Part shown: one piece after another, positions 9,004-19,536 of the stretch | Position numbering within the stretch: position 1 is the first letter of the stretch | Layout of the letters: every line of letters begins with the position of its first letter | DNA from: an uncultured Pseudomonadota bacterium | GTDB lineage: Bacteria > Pseudomonadota > Alphaproteobacteria > Rs-D84 | NCBI GenBank assembly: GCA_947307295.1 | Contig: CAMZIQ010000001.1 | Coordinates: forward strand, 40,968 to 104,967 | Direction of reading: 5' to 3' | Length of the DNA: 64,000 bases | Translations under genes and position numbers: made by a program | The notes under the pieces: model-generated | Seen by the model: only the letters and a program-made list of their open reading frames with translations | What the model was told of the DNA's origin: nothing | Database searches by the model: none

Positions 9004-10416
9004 TTATTTTGCGATAAATCTATTGAAAGTTTTTTCATTGACCTTAACCGGATATTCTTGTTTTAAGAACTGGGTATAATCATCTGTCACAAAACGCACA
9101 GACATTTTTTCCAATTCTTTACGCAAAGATTCTTTCTTTGCCTTGTCTTCCTTTGGCATAGTATTTTTACCAACACGAACAATATAAAAAGCGGTTTCGT
9201 CTTCGGTCATAACACTATCGCCTTCGTGTCCTGCAAAGACAGAATTCAGAACAACCAATGGTGCACCTTCGGTTCTTGTCACCTGGGCATTTTTCATACC
9301 TTTTACATCACCAGTCTTTTTCAAATCAACCAATTTTTCATTTGCTTTGATATAAGCCTGTTTTCTTTGTTCTGCTGTTTTCCAGCCCGCAATCAAAGAT
9401 TTCTTTACATCTTCAAATTCAGCATTGTGTTCAGCATTAACAGAATCAACACGCAAAATTACAAAGCCTTCTTTTAATTCAATCAATTCACTTTCGCTAC
9501 CAGATTCCATAGAAAACAATTTCGCAACCAAATCATCAGACAATACTTTGTCAGACAATTTTTTACCGCGTTCTATATTTGCAACCTGAACAAAACTGGC
9601 TTTGTGCTTTTCAGCAGCAGTCTTCATAGAATCACCAGATATAATCATATCTTCAACTTGCTGAGCAACTTTGAATTTTTCATCATAAATATCAGGCTTA
9701 TTCATATCAGCCGCCACAAACACATAAGATACTGTTCGTGTTTCTGGAACAACTTTTGGATTTTGGGCATAATAAGTTTGTAATTGTTCATCTGTTGGTT
9801 CGCCCACTTTATAGTCTGTAAATTTCACAGTTTCATAATTTATATCACGCTTTGCATATCTGGCATTATAAGCCGCATCAACCGCAAATTGCGGTATATT
9901 CAAAGGTACATTTGTCGCCATTAAAGCCATTCCACGCAAAATATCACCACGCAAAGAATTCGCAATATCTTGTTCGTTCATACCAGTACTTTGCAAAAAC
10001 ATATCAAAACGCCAAGCGGAAAATTGCCCGTTTTCTTGGAATTGCGGATAAGATTTTATTTCATCAGCGATTCGTTTATCGGAAACAACATAACCCAAAT
10101 CTTCTGCACGATTCAAAGCCAATTGATTTATCGTCAATCTGGACATGACTGATTCTGTCAACGCAGCAGATTTTTGTGGGTCAGTATAAGCCGCCCTTTG
10201 TTCATCTTTGGACATAGTAGATAATACGCGCGAACGTTCGTTATTGAACTGTTGCACGGATATCCCTTCGCCACCTACTTTGACCAAAGTCGTGTCACGT
10301 GACGCACTTCCGAAAATCCATTCAGCAGCACCCCATCCAACAAAACTGAAAATCAAAATAAACATTAAAACTTTTGCCAACGGTTTGTCAGCAGCATTAC
10401 GTAAATATTCTAGCAT
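9004..10416 (-). CDS. periplasmic chaperone PpiD/SurA-like (membrane-anchored peptidyl-prolyl isomerase family)
   Basis: PpiD-like N-terminus (MLEYLRNAADKPLAKVLMFILIFSFVGWGAAEWIF) with a TM anchor followed by a SurA-N-like domain. The start was chosen at an internal Met; the ORF track extends to 10575. Confidence 0.7.
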   Translation of the reverse strand: MLEYLRNAADKPLAKVLMFILIFSFVGWGAAEWIFGSASRDTTLVKVGGEGISVQQFNNERSRVLSTMSKDEQRAAYTDPQKSAALTESVMSRLTINQLALNRAEDLGYVVSDKRIADEIKSYPQFQENGQFSAWRFDMFLQSTGMNEQDIANSLRGDILRGMALMATNVPLNIPQFAVDAAYNARYAKRDINYETVKFTDYKVGEPTDEQLQTYYAQNPKVVPETRTVSYVFVAADMNKPDIYDEKFKVAQQVEDMIISGDSMKTAAEKHKASFVQVANIERGKKLSDKVLSDDLVAKLFSMESGSESELIELKEGFVILRVDSVNAEHNAEFEDVKKSLIAGWKTAEQRKQAYIKANEKLVDLKKTGDVKGMKNAQVTRTEGAPLVVLNSVFAGHEGDSVMTEDETAFYIVRVGKNTMPKEDKAKKESLRKELEKMSVRFVTDDYTQFLKQEYPVKVNEKTFNRFIAK

Positions 10417-10480
10417 TTTTTCACCTTTTGCGATACCATAGCAAAAAAGACAACAAAAAATCAATAAAAAAGGAAGAAAA

Positions 10481-11167
10481 ATGAAATTCATAATCGGCAA
10501 CTGGAAAATGAACGGGAATATGGACGAAAAAGAATCTTTGTTAAGTGCGATATCTGGCATAAAAACAAAAAACAAAGTGGTATTATGCCTGCCTTATACA
10601 TTACTTTATGGGGAAAATTTTGGTATTTCTATTGGCGCCCAAGATGTCAGCAATCACGACAAAGGCTCATTCACAGGCGACATATCTGCATCTATGTTAA
10701 AGGATGCAAATATCCAATATGTTATTGTCGGACACAGCGACAGACGTCTTTATCACAACGAAACCAATGAATTAGTCAAAGAAAAAGCAACCATCGCTAT
10801 CAAAAACGGAATTATTCCTATTGTATGTGTTGGTGAAACTATTGAAGAAAAGAATTCAGGCCATACAACATCTGTTATAAAAAAGATGCTGTTGGAAAGC
10901 ATCCCCAAAGATGGCGAATATATAATAGCCTATGAACCAAGATGGGCGATTGGCAGCGGTCTTACACCAACAAACAACGAAATTGTCACAGCAGTAAAAA
11001 CTATATTTGATAACTTGCCCAACCCTATGCCAATTTTATACGGTGGCAGCGTAAACCAAGACAATGCTTTGGACATAGCAACTATTCCTTATATTGACGG
11101 ACTATTAATTGGTGGTGCATCCTTGAAAAGTGAAACATTTTTACCTATAATAAAGTCAATCAATTAA
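10481..11167 (+). CDS. tpiA: triosephosphate isomerase
   Basis: GNWKMN, AYEPRWAIGSG and ILYGGSV motifs. Confidence 0.9.
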   Translation: MKFIIGNWKMNGNMDEKESLLSAISGIKTKNKVVLCLPYTLLYGENFGISIGAQDVSNHDKGSFTGDISASMLKDANIQYVIVGHSDRRLYHNETNELVKEKATIAIKNGIIPIVCVGETIEEKNSGHTTSVIKKMLLESIPKDGEYIIAYEPRWAIGSGLTPTNNEIVTAVKTIFDNLPNPMPILYGGSVNQDNALDIATIPYIDGLLIGGASLKSETFLPIIKSIN

Positions 11168-11195
11168 ATATATAATTCAAAAAACAGGTAAAGAC

Positions 11196-11723
11196 ATGGA
11201 AGATAAAAAAGAAAACACAAACACCGAAGTCGAAATTGATACTGTATCAATAAACGATGATAAAAAAGAAGCACCAAGCGATAAACAATCTGAAATTATT
11301 GAACAATTAAATAATAAAATCGCTGAATTGAATGACAAATATTTACGTGTCGCTGCAGAATTAGAAAACACACGTAGACGCGCTACACTTGATATTGAAT
11401 CTGTATCACGCAATCGCGCGATGAGTGTGGCTGAAAAAATATTACCAGTTATGGATGCTGTTCAATCCGCTTTGAAACATTCCCCTGATGACGAAGGTAT
11501 CAAATCAATGGAACGCGCATTGCAAAATGCGTTTGCACAAATTGGTATTACAAAAATAGAAACCATTGGGCAACCATTAAATCCTCAATTTCATAACGCG
11601 ATTCAAATGGTTGATAAACCAGACGAAAAAACTGCAACGAATACAATAATTGACGAAATGCAATCTGGTTATATGTTCGGTGACACAGTTCTGCGTACTG
11701 CAATGGTAATCGTATCAAAATAA
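11196..11723 (+). CDS. grpE: nucleotide exchange factor GrpE
   Basis: YLRVAAELENTRRR motif; size 175 aa and a coiled-coil N-terminus. Confidence 0.9.
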   Translation: MEDKKENTNTEVEIDTVSINDDKKEAPSDKQSEIIEQLNNKIAELNDKYLRVAAELENTRRRATLDIESVSRNRAMSVAEKILPVMDAVQSALKHSPDDEGIKSMERALQNAFAQIGITKIETIGQPLNPQFHNAIQMVDKPDEKTATNTIIDEMQSGYMFGDTVLRTAMVIVSK

Positions 11724-11736
11724 AAGAGAAAAAAAT

Positions 11737-12294
11737 ATGAATTTTATAAAAACAAGCATCCCAGGTGTAATCATAGTTGAACCAAAAATTTTCAAAGATG
11801 ACCGCGGATATTTTTTTGAAAGTTATAATGAACAAGAATTTATAAAAAACGGTATAAAAAATCGCTTTATCCAAGATAATCAATCTAAATCTTCATACGG
11901 TGTAATTCGTGGTTTGCATTGTCAATTAGGCGAACACAGTCAAGCTAAATTAGTACGTGTATTACAAGGCAAAGTTCTGGATGTTGCTGTGGATACACGT
12001 TTAAATTCGCCAACATTCGGAAAACATGTCGCTGTTGAATTATCCAGTGAAAACCAAAGACAATTATTTATTCCTCGGGATTTCTTGCATGGTTTTTCGG
12101 TGTTAAGCGATGTTGCAATCTTTGCTTACAAAGTCGATAATTTTTATAACAAAGATTCTGAATTTGGTATTCGTTATGATGACCCACAAATTAATATTAA
12201 TTGGCAAATTCCATCCGAAAAAATAATAACTTCAGCTAAAGATAGAATCGCGAACACTTTACAAGATTTAATCAACTATTATAAAACACGATAA
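11737..12294 (+). CDS. rmlC: dTDP-4-dehydrorhamnose 3,5-epimerase
   Basis: IRGLHCQ and KLVRVLQGKVLDVAVDTR motifs; 185-aa cupin. Confidence 0.9.
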   Translation: MNFIKTSIPGVIIVEPKIFKDDRGYFFESYNEQEFIKNGIKNRFIQDNQSKSSYGVIRGLHCQLGEHSQAKLVRVLQGKVLDVAVDTRLNSPTFGKHVAVELSSENQRQLFIPRDFLHGFSVLSDVAIFAYKVDNFYNKDSEFGIRYDDPQININWQIPSEKIITSAKDRIANTLQDLINYYKTR

Positions 12295-12337
12295 AAACAT
12301 TAGAAAAATCAGTCTTTTCATGATAGAATAAACCATC

Positions 12338-13300
12338 ATGAAAAGATTTTTGTTTTTTTACCTGATTTTTATTATCACTATGCCTTCGACATACGCAGGG
12401 TTAACCGCTACAAAATTTCCAAAAACAGTCGCAGACCTTTCCTTTGAACAACAAGTATATAACATGGAACAAAAATATACCCCTTTTTTAACCGAACGTG
12501 CATATCGTGAATTAGGTATTGCGCCAGGCGAAGAAATTCTTGCTGACCATATGGCCGTAGTAGCAGAAGCCGATAAATCAAACAATATATCTGATGAAAA
12601 CAATCTATTAGAAAAAAATCAACAAACATCTTCTTGTTCTGTGACTTCTACAATTGGGGGCCGTGGACCTGTTATTGAAAACAATTCTGTCACGGGCGGC
12701 TCTTGTTATCCAGCAGAAAAAGAAACTTATTTCACAAATAAGATTTTAACTACTGGAAAATATGAAAAAATTCACCCAGCACTTGAAAAGGGACTTATTA
12801 TCATGTTTAGAAAAGAAGGTCGCTGTGGAATCACCCCCGGAGACCCATGTGGATGGACATGTTTTGGTATAGGCTCTGCCCCAGGTTGTGCGGGGGTTTA
12901 CGTTAAAAACCGTGCAGAAGCAGAAGATGTTTATTATAAAAAATATTGGAAAAACCACAATTTGGATAAATTACCAGATGTAATCAGCACAGATATTTTT
13001 GTAGCAGGTGCTGGTGGTGGCACAGGAACAACCCTTTCCAGATTCAGAACTTTTTTGAAATTGCGTGCAACTAGTACCCCTGTAGATGATACGTTGATTG
13101 AAGCGGTCAAGAATTATAAAGGCGACATTCATAACGATTGGTTAAACTATCACGCCATAATTTTAGACCGTTTGGCAGAAGCTTATAAAGCAGCCGGAAC
13201 ATATACCCAGGTTAAAACCTCATGGCAAAAGGGAGTTGTTTTAACAAGAAAAAACGGGTGTCATGTTTGCCCACACGAACCACAACTCAGACAATATTAA
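12338..13300 (+). CDS. secreted Cys-rich hypothetical protein
   Basis: Signal peptide MKRFLFFYLIFIITMPSTYA and multiple Cys; no known domain recognised. Confidence 0.55.
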   Translation: MKRFLFFYLIFIITMPSTYAGLTATKFPKTVADLSFEQQVYNMEQKYTPFLTERAYRELGIAPGEEILADHMAVVAEADKSNNISDENNLLEKNQQTSSCSVTSTIGGRGPVIENNSVTGGSCYPAEKETYFTNKILTTGKYEKIHPALEKGLIIMFRKEGRCGITPGDPCGWTCFGIGSAPGCAGVYVKNRAEAEDVYYKKYWKNHNLDKLPDVISTDIFVAGAGGGTGTTLSRFRTFLKLRATSTPVDDTLIEAVKNYKGDIHNDWLNYHAIILDRLAEAYKAAGTYTQVKTSWQKGVVLTRKNGCHVCPHEPQLRQY

Positions 13301-13350
13301 AGGATAAAAATATACTTGTTTATTTTCATGAAAAAATTTAAAATACAAAC

Positions 13351-14310
13351 ATGGGAAAAAGATTAGCACTTTTTTTATTATCGCTGATTGTCGCATCCAA
13401 TGCGATGTCTGCCGATAACTTCATTCCAAAAAAGTTCAGCACCGTCACATCACATAATGATGTTTATCCGTATTTGTTAAATAATACAAAGACAAAAACA
13501 AACAAGAATACAACATCTACAAATACTATAAATTCTATATCTGCTGCTCCGATTGGCAAACGTAATGTAGTAAAAAGAAAAACTAATGCTCGTGCGGCTA
13601 CAAATATATCAAATTCTGCGAACATTGATACATCTACGCGTCGCGTTGTTCCACGGGCTCAACCTGTCTCGGCACGCGCAGCTATGACATCAAACCAAAG
13701 ACGTGTTGTAAATCGTAATTCACAAAACATCGCTGTTCGTTCTATGACACCGGGACGCGTCCGCACAACATCTTCTGCACGTGTTGTATCAAACAACAGA
13801 TCTTCAACTACGGAAAAAGTTTCATCTAAACGTTGTTTCGCAGATTACAAAGAATGTATGGAAATGTATTGTCAGCGCGAAGATACAGCATACAATCGTT
13901 GCTATTGTAGTGCAAAGCTGGCACAAATAGACTCGAAATATCAAAACAAAATTGATGATTTGATACAACAGATTGTACGATTACAATATGGTGGCACAAC
14001 AACCAGCGAAGAAATCAAAGAATATTGGGATAAAACTGTTGGTGTTTATACAAAAACAAATCCGTGGGTTAACATAGAAAACGCGTTAAACATTGACTGG
14101 GCAGACACACAAAGCCGTATCCGCGGACAAAACGCCTTTAATACAGGTCATGAATATTGCGTACAAAATTTACGTTCATGTTATTATATGGCTTCTAATA
14201 TGCGTGACGCGTATAAATCTGAAATAACACGTGATTGCGATGCGTATGAAAAAAGTCTTCAAAAGATACAAGATGCCGCCGAAAGCGTGATAGAAAGTTA
14301 TAAAAATTAA
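13351..14310 (+). CDS. secreted hypothetical protein with an N/S/T/R-rich low-complexity region and a Cys-rich C-terminal domain
   Basis: Signal peptide MGKRLALFLLSLIVASNAMSA; low-complexity linker; C-terminal Cys pattern. Confidence 0.55.
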   Translation: MGKRLALFLLSLIVASNAMSADNFIPKKFSTVTSHNDVYPYLLNNTKTKTNKNTTSTNTINSISAAPIGKRNVVKRKTNARAATNISNSANIDTSTRRVVPRAQPVSARAAMTSNQRRVVNRNSQNIAVRSMTPGRVRTTSSARVVSNNRSSTTEKVSSKRCFADYKECMEMYCQREDTAYNRCYCSAKLAQIDSKYQNKIDDLIQQIVRLQYGGTTTSEEIKEYWDKTVGVYTKTNPWVNIENALNIDWADTQSRIRGQNAFNTGHEYCVQNLRSCYYMASNMRDAYKSEITRDCDAYEKSLQKIQDAAESVIESYKN

Positions 14311-14314
14311 AAGC

Positions 14315-14500
14315 CTATTTTGATTCACACTTTAAATTGTGCGTGTAAATATTTCTGACTAAATCATCACTTATATTTTCCCAATCTGACGCATGACCAT
14401 ATATTATATCACAATCACAAATCGCCCTATTCTTTGATAGTGTATTTATCGAGCAAGATGCCACGAATATCAGCCACACCAGTTTTATATACTTTTTCAT
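14315..14500 (-). CDS. small putative lipoprotein (61 aa)
   Basis: MKKYIKLVWLIFVASCS lipobox-like signal; overlaps the next small ORF by about 74 nt. Confidence 0.3.
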   Translation of the reverse strand: MKKYIKLVWLIFVASCSINTLSKNRAICDCDIIYGHASDWENISDDLVRNIYTHNLKCESK

Positions 14501-14651
14501 GAATTTCCTTTTTATTTTGAATTAATATTTCTTGATTTTGTACATTATTTTTCAAATGTTGCATTTGACATTTAGCATCTGCAATATTTGCACCATAAAA
14601 ATAAGCCCCCATCACAAGGGCGCCTATTGCCATAATAAAATATATTTTCAT
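14427..14651 (-). CDS. small membrane/secreted protein (~75 aa)
   Basis: MKIYFIMAIGALVMGAYFYG hydrophobic N-terminus; overlaps 14315..14500 in another frame. Confidence 0.3.
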   Translation of the reverse strand: MKIYFIMAIGALVMGAYFYGANIADAKCQMQHLKNNVQNQEILIQNKKEIHEKVYKTGVADIRGILLDKYTIKE

Positions 14652-14724
14652 AATAATCGCCTTTTTAAAAATCCGCCATAACAATGGCGGATTTAAATCT
14701 ATCATAACAAGCCTTAAAAAGAAC

Positions 14725-15993
14725 TTATTGATTCATTGCGGAAAAGAAATCATCATTGGTCTTTGTTAATCTTAATTTATCCAACAAAAATTCCATTGCC
14801 TCTAACGTTCCCATCGGATTAATTATACGACGCAAAACATACATCTTTGACAAAGTATCTTTGGAAACCAATAAATCTTCTTTACGAGTTCCTGATTTTG
14901 TAATATCGATTGCCGGATATACGCGCTTGTCAGACAATTTTCTGTCCAAAATAATTTCACTGTTTCCAGTTCCTTTGAATTCTTCAAAAACAACTTCATC
15001 CATTTTAGAACCTGTATCTATCAAAGCCGTAGCGATAATTGTCAAAGACCCACCGCCTTCGATATTACGAGCCGCACCAAAGAAACGTTTTGGACGTTGC
15101 AAAGCATAAGCATCAACACCACCGGTTAAAACCTTACCACTAGATGGAACAACAGTATTATATGCGCGCCCCAACCTTGTGATAGAATCTAATAAAATTA
15201 CAACGTCTTGCCCTGCTTCTACCAAACGTTTTGCCTTTTCAATGACCATTTCAGCAACCTGAATATGACGTGTTGCAGGTTCATCAAAAGTGGAAGATAT
15301 AACCTCTCCACGAACACTACGTTGCATATCTGTCACTTCTTCTGGACGTTCATCAATCAACAGCACAATCAATTTTACATCAGGATAATTTGTTGCAATT
15401 GAATGAGCAATGTTTTGCAACATAACCGTTTTACCGGTTCTCGGCGGAGCAACGATTAAAGAACGTTGCCCTTTGCCAGTTGGTGAAATCAAATCAATAA
15501 CACGCGCCGATAAATTGCGTCCCTTGTCAGTATCATTGATAACTTCCATCTTTAATTGTTCATCAGGATAAAGCGGTGTCATATCATCAAAAGAAATACG
15601 ATGACGTAATTTTTCAGGGTTATCACCATTAACGCGTTCAATTGTTTCCAAAGCAAAATACCGTTCAGATTCATTTTGTGGCGCCTGAATTTGCCCTTCG
15701 ACATAATCACCAGTTTTTAATCCATACTTTTTAATCAAGTTCGGAGAAACGTACAAATCATCTGGTCCAGCCAAATAATTGCTTTCTGGCGCACGCAAAA
15801 ACCCAAAACCATCTGCCATACGTTCCAAAACACCGTCACCTATCAAAGTGATAGATTTATCAGCCGCATATACGCGCATCACGGCAAAACGTAATTGTTG
15901 AACATTTAATTGTGCAGGATTTTCAATCCCCATATCTTCAGCCATCTTCAACAACTGTTGAGGTGACTTTGTCTTTAATTCATTTACATGCAT
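14725..15993 (-). CDS. rho: transcription termination factor Rho
   Basis: Near-collinear with E. coli Rho ([20 protein letters not shown], Walker [33 protein letters not shown]). The start is set at MHVNELK. Confidence 0.95.
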   Translation of the reverse strand: MHVNELKTKSPQQLLKMAEDMGIENPAQLNVQQLRFAVMRVYAADKSITLIGDGVLERMADGFGFLRAPESNYLAGPDDLYVSPNLIKKYGLKTGDYVEGQIQAPQNESERYFALETIERVNGDNPEKLRHRISFDDMTPLYPDEQLKMEVINDTDKGRNLSARVIDLISPTGKGQRSLIVAPPRTGKTVMLQNIAHSIATNYPDVKLIVLLIDERPEEVTDMQRSVRGEVISSTFDEPATRHIQVAEMVIEKAKRLVEAGQDVVILLDSITRLGRAYNTVVPSSGKVLTGGVDAYALQRPKRFFGAARNIEGGGSLTIIATALIDTGSKMDEVVFEEFKGTGNSEIILDRKLSDKRVYPAIDITKSGTRKEDLLVSKDTLSKMYVLRRIINPMGTLEAMEFLLDKLRLTKTNDDFFSAMNQ

Positions 15994-16112
15994 AAAAAAA
16001 CCTTTTTGGAAAAAGCACACGAAGAATCTCGCTGCTCGGCTACATTATATAAAAAACACAGTAAAAAGTCAAGCTTCCAGTAAGAGTGACCCCAAAAAAG
16101 GGTCACCAAACC

Positions 16113-16244
16113 TTAGAAACCATTGTCGCCGTTACATTTAGAAACGTCAACACCACATTCACGTAATCTGGCGGCAATATCTACTTTAAACGCAGCATTT
16201 CTATTTTTCATAGCTTTAGTTGCTGCTTCAAATTCATTCGACAT
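16113..16244 (-). CDS. short ORF (43 aa) not in the supplied track: MSNEFEAATKAMKNRNAAFKVDIAARLRECGVDVSKCNGDNGF
   Basis: ATG preceded by an AAGGTGA Shine-Dalgarno at the proper spacing; followed by a hairpin at 16086-16106. Confidence 0.35.
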   Translation of the reverse strand: MSNEFEAATKAMKNRNAAFKVDIAARLRECGVDVSKCNGDNGF

Positions 16245-16331
16245 TTTATCACCTTTTACACTGTTTTCTCTCTAATTACTGACAATAATATACTTAAAAA
16301 TATTTTTTGTCAAGTATATTTTGTCAATATT

Positions 16332-18041
16332 TTAGATTTCTTGTTCTCCACCATCACAGTCTTCACAAACATCTGTTTCGGTATATTCCTCTACGATGAT
16401 AGGAGCTGGTTTTGGCTGTTCAACATATTGAACCTCTTTAACGACCCGAACACGACGGTTTTCAGCATTCGGGGTATTATCCGGAGTTTTTACTTTCAAA
16501 TCTTCTTCGCCAGCAGACACAGCGATAATCTGAGATGAAGGTATACCGTATTCAATCAGCATTTTTTGAACTGCCTCTGCACGACGTCCACCCAATGCGT
16601 AATTATATGCACTGGAACCTGCTGTATCAGTATGCCCAACAACAGATACTTTTACATTCTTATTAGCCTGGGTAGTTTCCACCAATTTCTTAATTATATC
16701 TTCATATTCTGGTTTTATAGTAGCCTTGTTAAAATCAAATCTGATTTCAAAAATTTCTTCCATTATGCGTTGTTTCGGTTCTAATGGAATCTGTTGTACT
16801 TTTATAATAGTCTTATCATTTGATGCAACTGGCGCTGGCGCATTACCCATATCATCCAAGCGAGCATTAATAGCCGCCAATTCTTCGCGCAAACCATTCA
16901 TCAAATCTATAAATTCTTCACGTGTCACATAATCATCAAAAGTCGGGCAAGTCACAGACGGTGTAGCAACACTCAGCTCTACACTTTGATTACATTGACC
17001 AGGTTCAGATTCTGGACAAGAAGGATTAGTCACTTCTAATTGACAAGATGGGCATGGTTCCGCCGTACAAGATTCCGCAGAAGCGCATGACGGACACTCT
17101 GTTGATTCATTATCACATTTTTGACAACCTTCTGATTTTTCGCAGCCACAATCAGACTTTTCCGTTTGTTCTTGAACGACCACGGAACAACCACCGCCTG
17201 TACTAGAACTTGAAAAATCTTCAGAACTACTAAAAGAATCTGTTCCACCATTTACATTTTCTTCGCCACCATAAATGTGTTGATGGAATTCAATAGGTGC
17301 CTGTTGCTTTTGTGGAACAGGTATCGGTTGTACCAAATTACCAGGAACATTTACATTATTAACAATAACTATTCCATCACGCGAACGTGCTGCGCCAGAC
17401 ATAGCACTTAACCGGCGTGTTTCTGGATAATATTGTTCTTCCACAGGTTGTGGTTCCGGCAAAACTTTTTCAGATTTCACCTGGGTCGGTGCAACTACTT
17501 TGCCATGTTCACAATCTTTCAAAGCCTGCATAGTTGTTTGAAAACGTTTTCTACATTCTTGAGCTGTGGCATTTTGTCCACTTGCCGTAGCAGAAATCCA
17601 ACAATCAAATTTTGCCTGGGCCTCAGCCGCCAATTGAGGTTGAACAACCGCGGCATCATCCTTTAATTCATTAATCAAATCATTGTACGCAGTATATATT
17701 TCAAATCTTTCACTTTCACTACGCACCTTCCAACTGTCTAATGTTTCTGGGAAAGGTGTTTCTCCTGAAAAAGCACCAACCGCCTTTTGAGCAAACAGTT
17801 CTGCTATATCCGGATAGCCGCTTGTCCTGGCATTATAAATAGCATACGAGCGATAATTCATCGCCAATTGATTAAGGAAAGATTCCTGATGCGGTGCATC
17901 ATTAACATTAAGCCCTTCGACATAATTGACCGTAGGTGTATTATATTCCACGCGAGATTGTTGCGGTTCAGTACCAACACACCCAGCCAATGCAAAGCAT
18001 ACAACCAAAGACAACGGGCAAACCCGACATGTATTTTTCAT
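16332..18041 (-). CDS. OmpA-family peptidoglycan-binding outer-membrane lipoprotein with a Cys/Ser-rich central region
   Basis: Lipoprotein signal (LAGC) and a C-terminal OmpA_C domain (VVGHTDTAGSSAYNYALGGRRAEAV…RRVRVV). Confidence 0.85.
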   Translation of the reverse strand: MKNTCRVCPLSLVVCFALAGCVGTEPQQSRVEYNTPTVNYVEGLNVNDAPHQESFLNQLAMNYRSYAIYNARTSGYPDIAELFAQKAVGAFSGETPFPETLDSWKVRSESERFEIYTAYNDLINELKDDAAVVQPQLAAEAQAKFDCWISATASGQNATAQECRKRFQTTMQALKDCEHGKVVAPTQVKSEKVLPEPQPVEEQYYPETRRLSAMSGAARSRDGIVIVNNVNVPGNLVQPIPVPQKQQAPIEFHQHIYGGEENVNGGTDSFSSSEDFSSSSTGGGCSVVVQEQTEKSDCGCEKSEGCQKCDNESTECPSCASAESCTAEPCPSCQLEVTNPSCPESEPGQCNQSVELSVATPSVTCPTFDDYVTREEFIDLMNGLREELAAINARLDDMGNAPAPVASNDKTIIKVQQIPLEPKQRIMEEIFEIRFDFNKATIKPEYEDIIKKLVETTQANKNVKVSVVGHTDTAGSSAYNYALGGRRAEAVQKMLIEYGIPSSQIIAVSAGEEDLKVKTPDNTPNAENRRVRVVKEVQYVEQPKPAPIIVEEYTETDVCEDCDGGEQEI

Positions 18042-18139
18042 ATTTGTTTCCTTTCCTTAAAAACTAATATCATATTAATTATACAGATTTTTAAAAAACT
18101 AGTAAAGAGAAAAAGCACACAATTATAAATTTTCTAACT

Positions 18140-18982
18140 TTATTTTTCTAAAACTTGTGTAGCCATTTGACCAAGGGATGGCAACATAGATTTTAAATTA
18201 CCTGAACCACCCAAAGCAGATACAGCCTCTAACACCCCAGCAGTCCCAGCCGCCCCGGTAGATTGTCCAACACTACCCAATGCCTGAGTCACGAAATTAC
18301 CATATAATTCTTGTTTAGCTGCTTTTATTTTGCCTTCGGAACATTTTTCCCTTTTTTCCAACAGTTTCGTTATTTTTTCAACTTCAGATTTTGTATAATC
18401 TTCTTTATCAAATGGTATTTTATCTAAGACATCATAAATATTATACACATCTCTGCAATCTTTGGTATTAACTACATCACATATACTGGCAGAACTTGCC
18501 TTAGGGAACTTATACCAAACTGTGTCTTTATCTGCATCAACCGTAAAAGATTCATAACAAGTGCTTCCTTTATCCGGATGCGTTTCCATGTACAAACGAT
18601 AAAAACCATCACTATTGCTCTTCTCATCATTACTACATGGGTCACCCAAATTAGACACCGCTTCTTTTGCGGTGACAGTACCTGTTTTTGCCCATTCTTT
18701 AACCAAATCATTAACCGCTTCAATTTCTGAGCCAGTCGGTTTACAATCAGACCCCAACTGTTGTTGTTGTTTTTTTAATTCAGTCACGGTGCCAACCAAT
18801 CCCATAACCGTTGGCAACAAACTGGTTGCAGATTCCAATTTGTCCGCCTGTTTGACCGCCACAGGCGCAGCCTTTTTAACGCCAGAACTTTTTACATTAA
18901 CAGCCCCCCACGACAAAGAAGAAGCCGTGCAAGCCATTATAACAAAGATAAAAAACAACCTTTTCATTCTCTCTATGTACAC
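18140..18982 (-). CDS. secreted hypothetical protein with a Gly/Ala/Thr-rich C-terminus
   Basis: Signal peptide MKRLFFIFVIMACTASSLSWGA. Confidence 0.5.
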   Translation of the reverse strand: MYIERMKRLFFIFVIMACTASSLSWGAVNVKSSGVKKAAPVAVKQADKLESATSLLPTVMGLVGTVTELKKQQQQLGSDCKPTGSEIEAVNDLVKEWAKTGTVTAKEAVSNLGDPCSNDEKSNSDGFYRLYMETHPDKGSTCYESFTVDADKDTVWYKFPKASSASICDVVNTKDCRDVYNIYDVLDKIPFDKEDYTKSEVEKITKLLEKREKCSEGKIKAAKQELYGNFVTQALGSVGQSTGAAGTAGVLEAVSALGGSGNLKSMLPSLGQMATQVLEK

Positions 18983-19056
18983 TATTATATCACAAAAAAA
19001 AGATTATATAAATATAAAAATTGCATTTTTATTTATAAAAGTCTAAACTGCATATC

Positions 19057-19536
19057 ATGCGACAGGATAATCGTAATTTTATAATATTTTCTAAACATCG
19101 GCGTCTTACCCGTTTGTGGCAGTTTTTCTTTACAGGCTGGGGCTTGGTAATGGTTGCTGTTTTGGCAGCGGCACCATTTTTAACCAAACAAATTTTATGG
19201 ACACCTATCAAAGCAATAAACATGCGCGATGTTGTCACTAATCAATTTAAAATGACAAACGCATCATTTTCAGGTGTTGATAAAGACGGCAACCCTTTTA
19301 AAATACATGCCGTATCTGGACACCAAGAATATGGAAAACCAGATGTTGTATTTTTGGAAAAACCTTCTGGCGTGATAACTAGAAAAACCAGCAAAGGAAA
19401 AACTATTGACAATATTTCTGCAACAAATGGACAATTTAATCACAAAGATAATGTCCTTACGTTAATCGGGAACGTTCGAATAAATTCCAGCAATGGCGAC
19501 AAAATATTAACAGACAAAATGGTGATAAAACTATGA
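19057..19536 (+). CDS. LptC/OstA-like LPS export protein
   Basis: N-terminal TM anchor plus a beta-jellyroll-like pattern (NGQFNHKDNVLTLIGNVRI…GDKILTDKM); the stop overlaps the lptB start. Confidence 0.5.
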   Translation: MRQDNRNFIIFSKHRRLTRLWQFFFTGWGLVMVAVLAAAPFLTKQILWTPIKAINMRDVVTNQFKMTNASFSGVDKDGNPFKIHAVSGHQEYGKPDVVFLEKPSGVITRKTSKGKTIDNISATNGQFNHKDNVLTLIGNVRINSSNGDKILTDKMVIKL

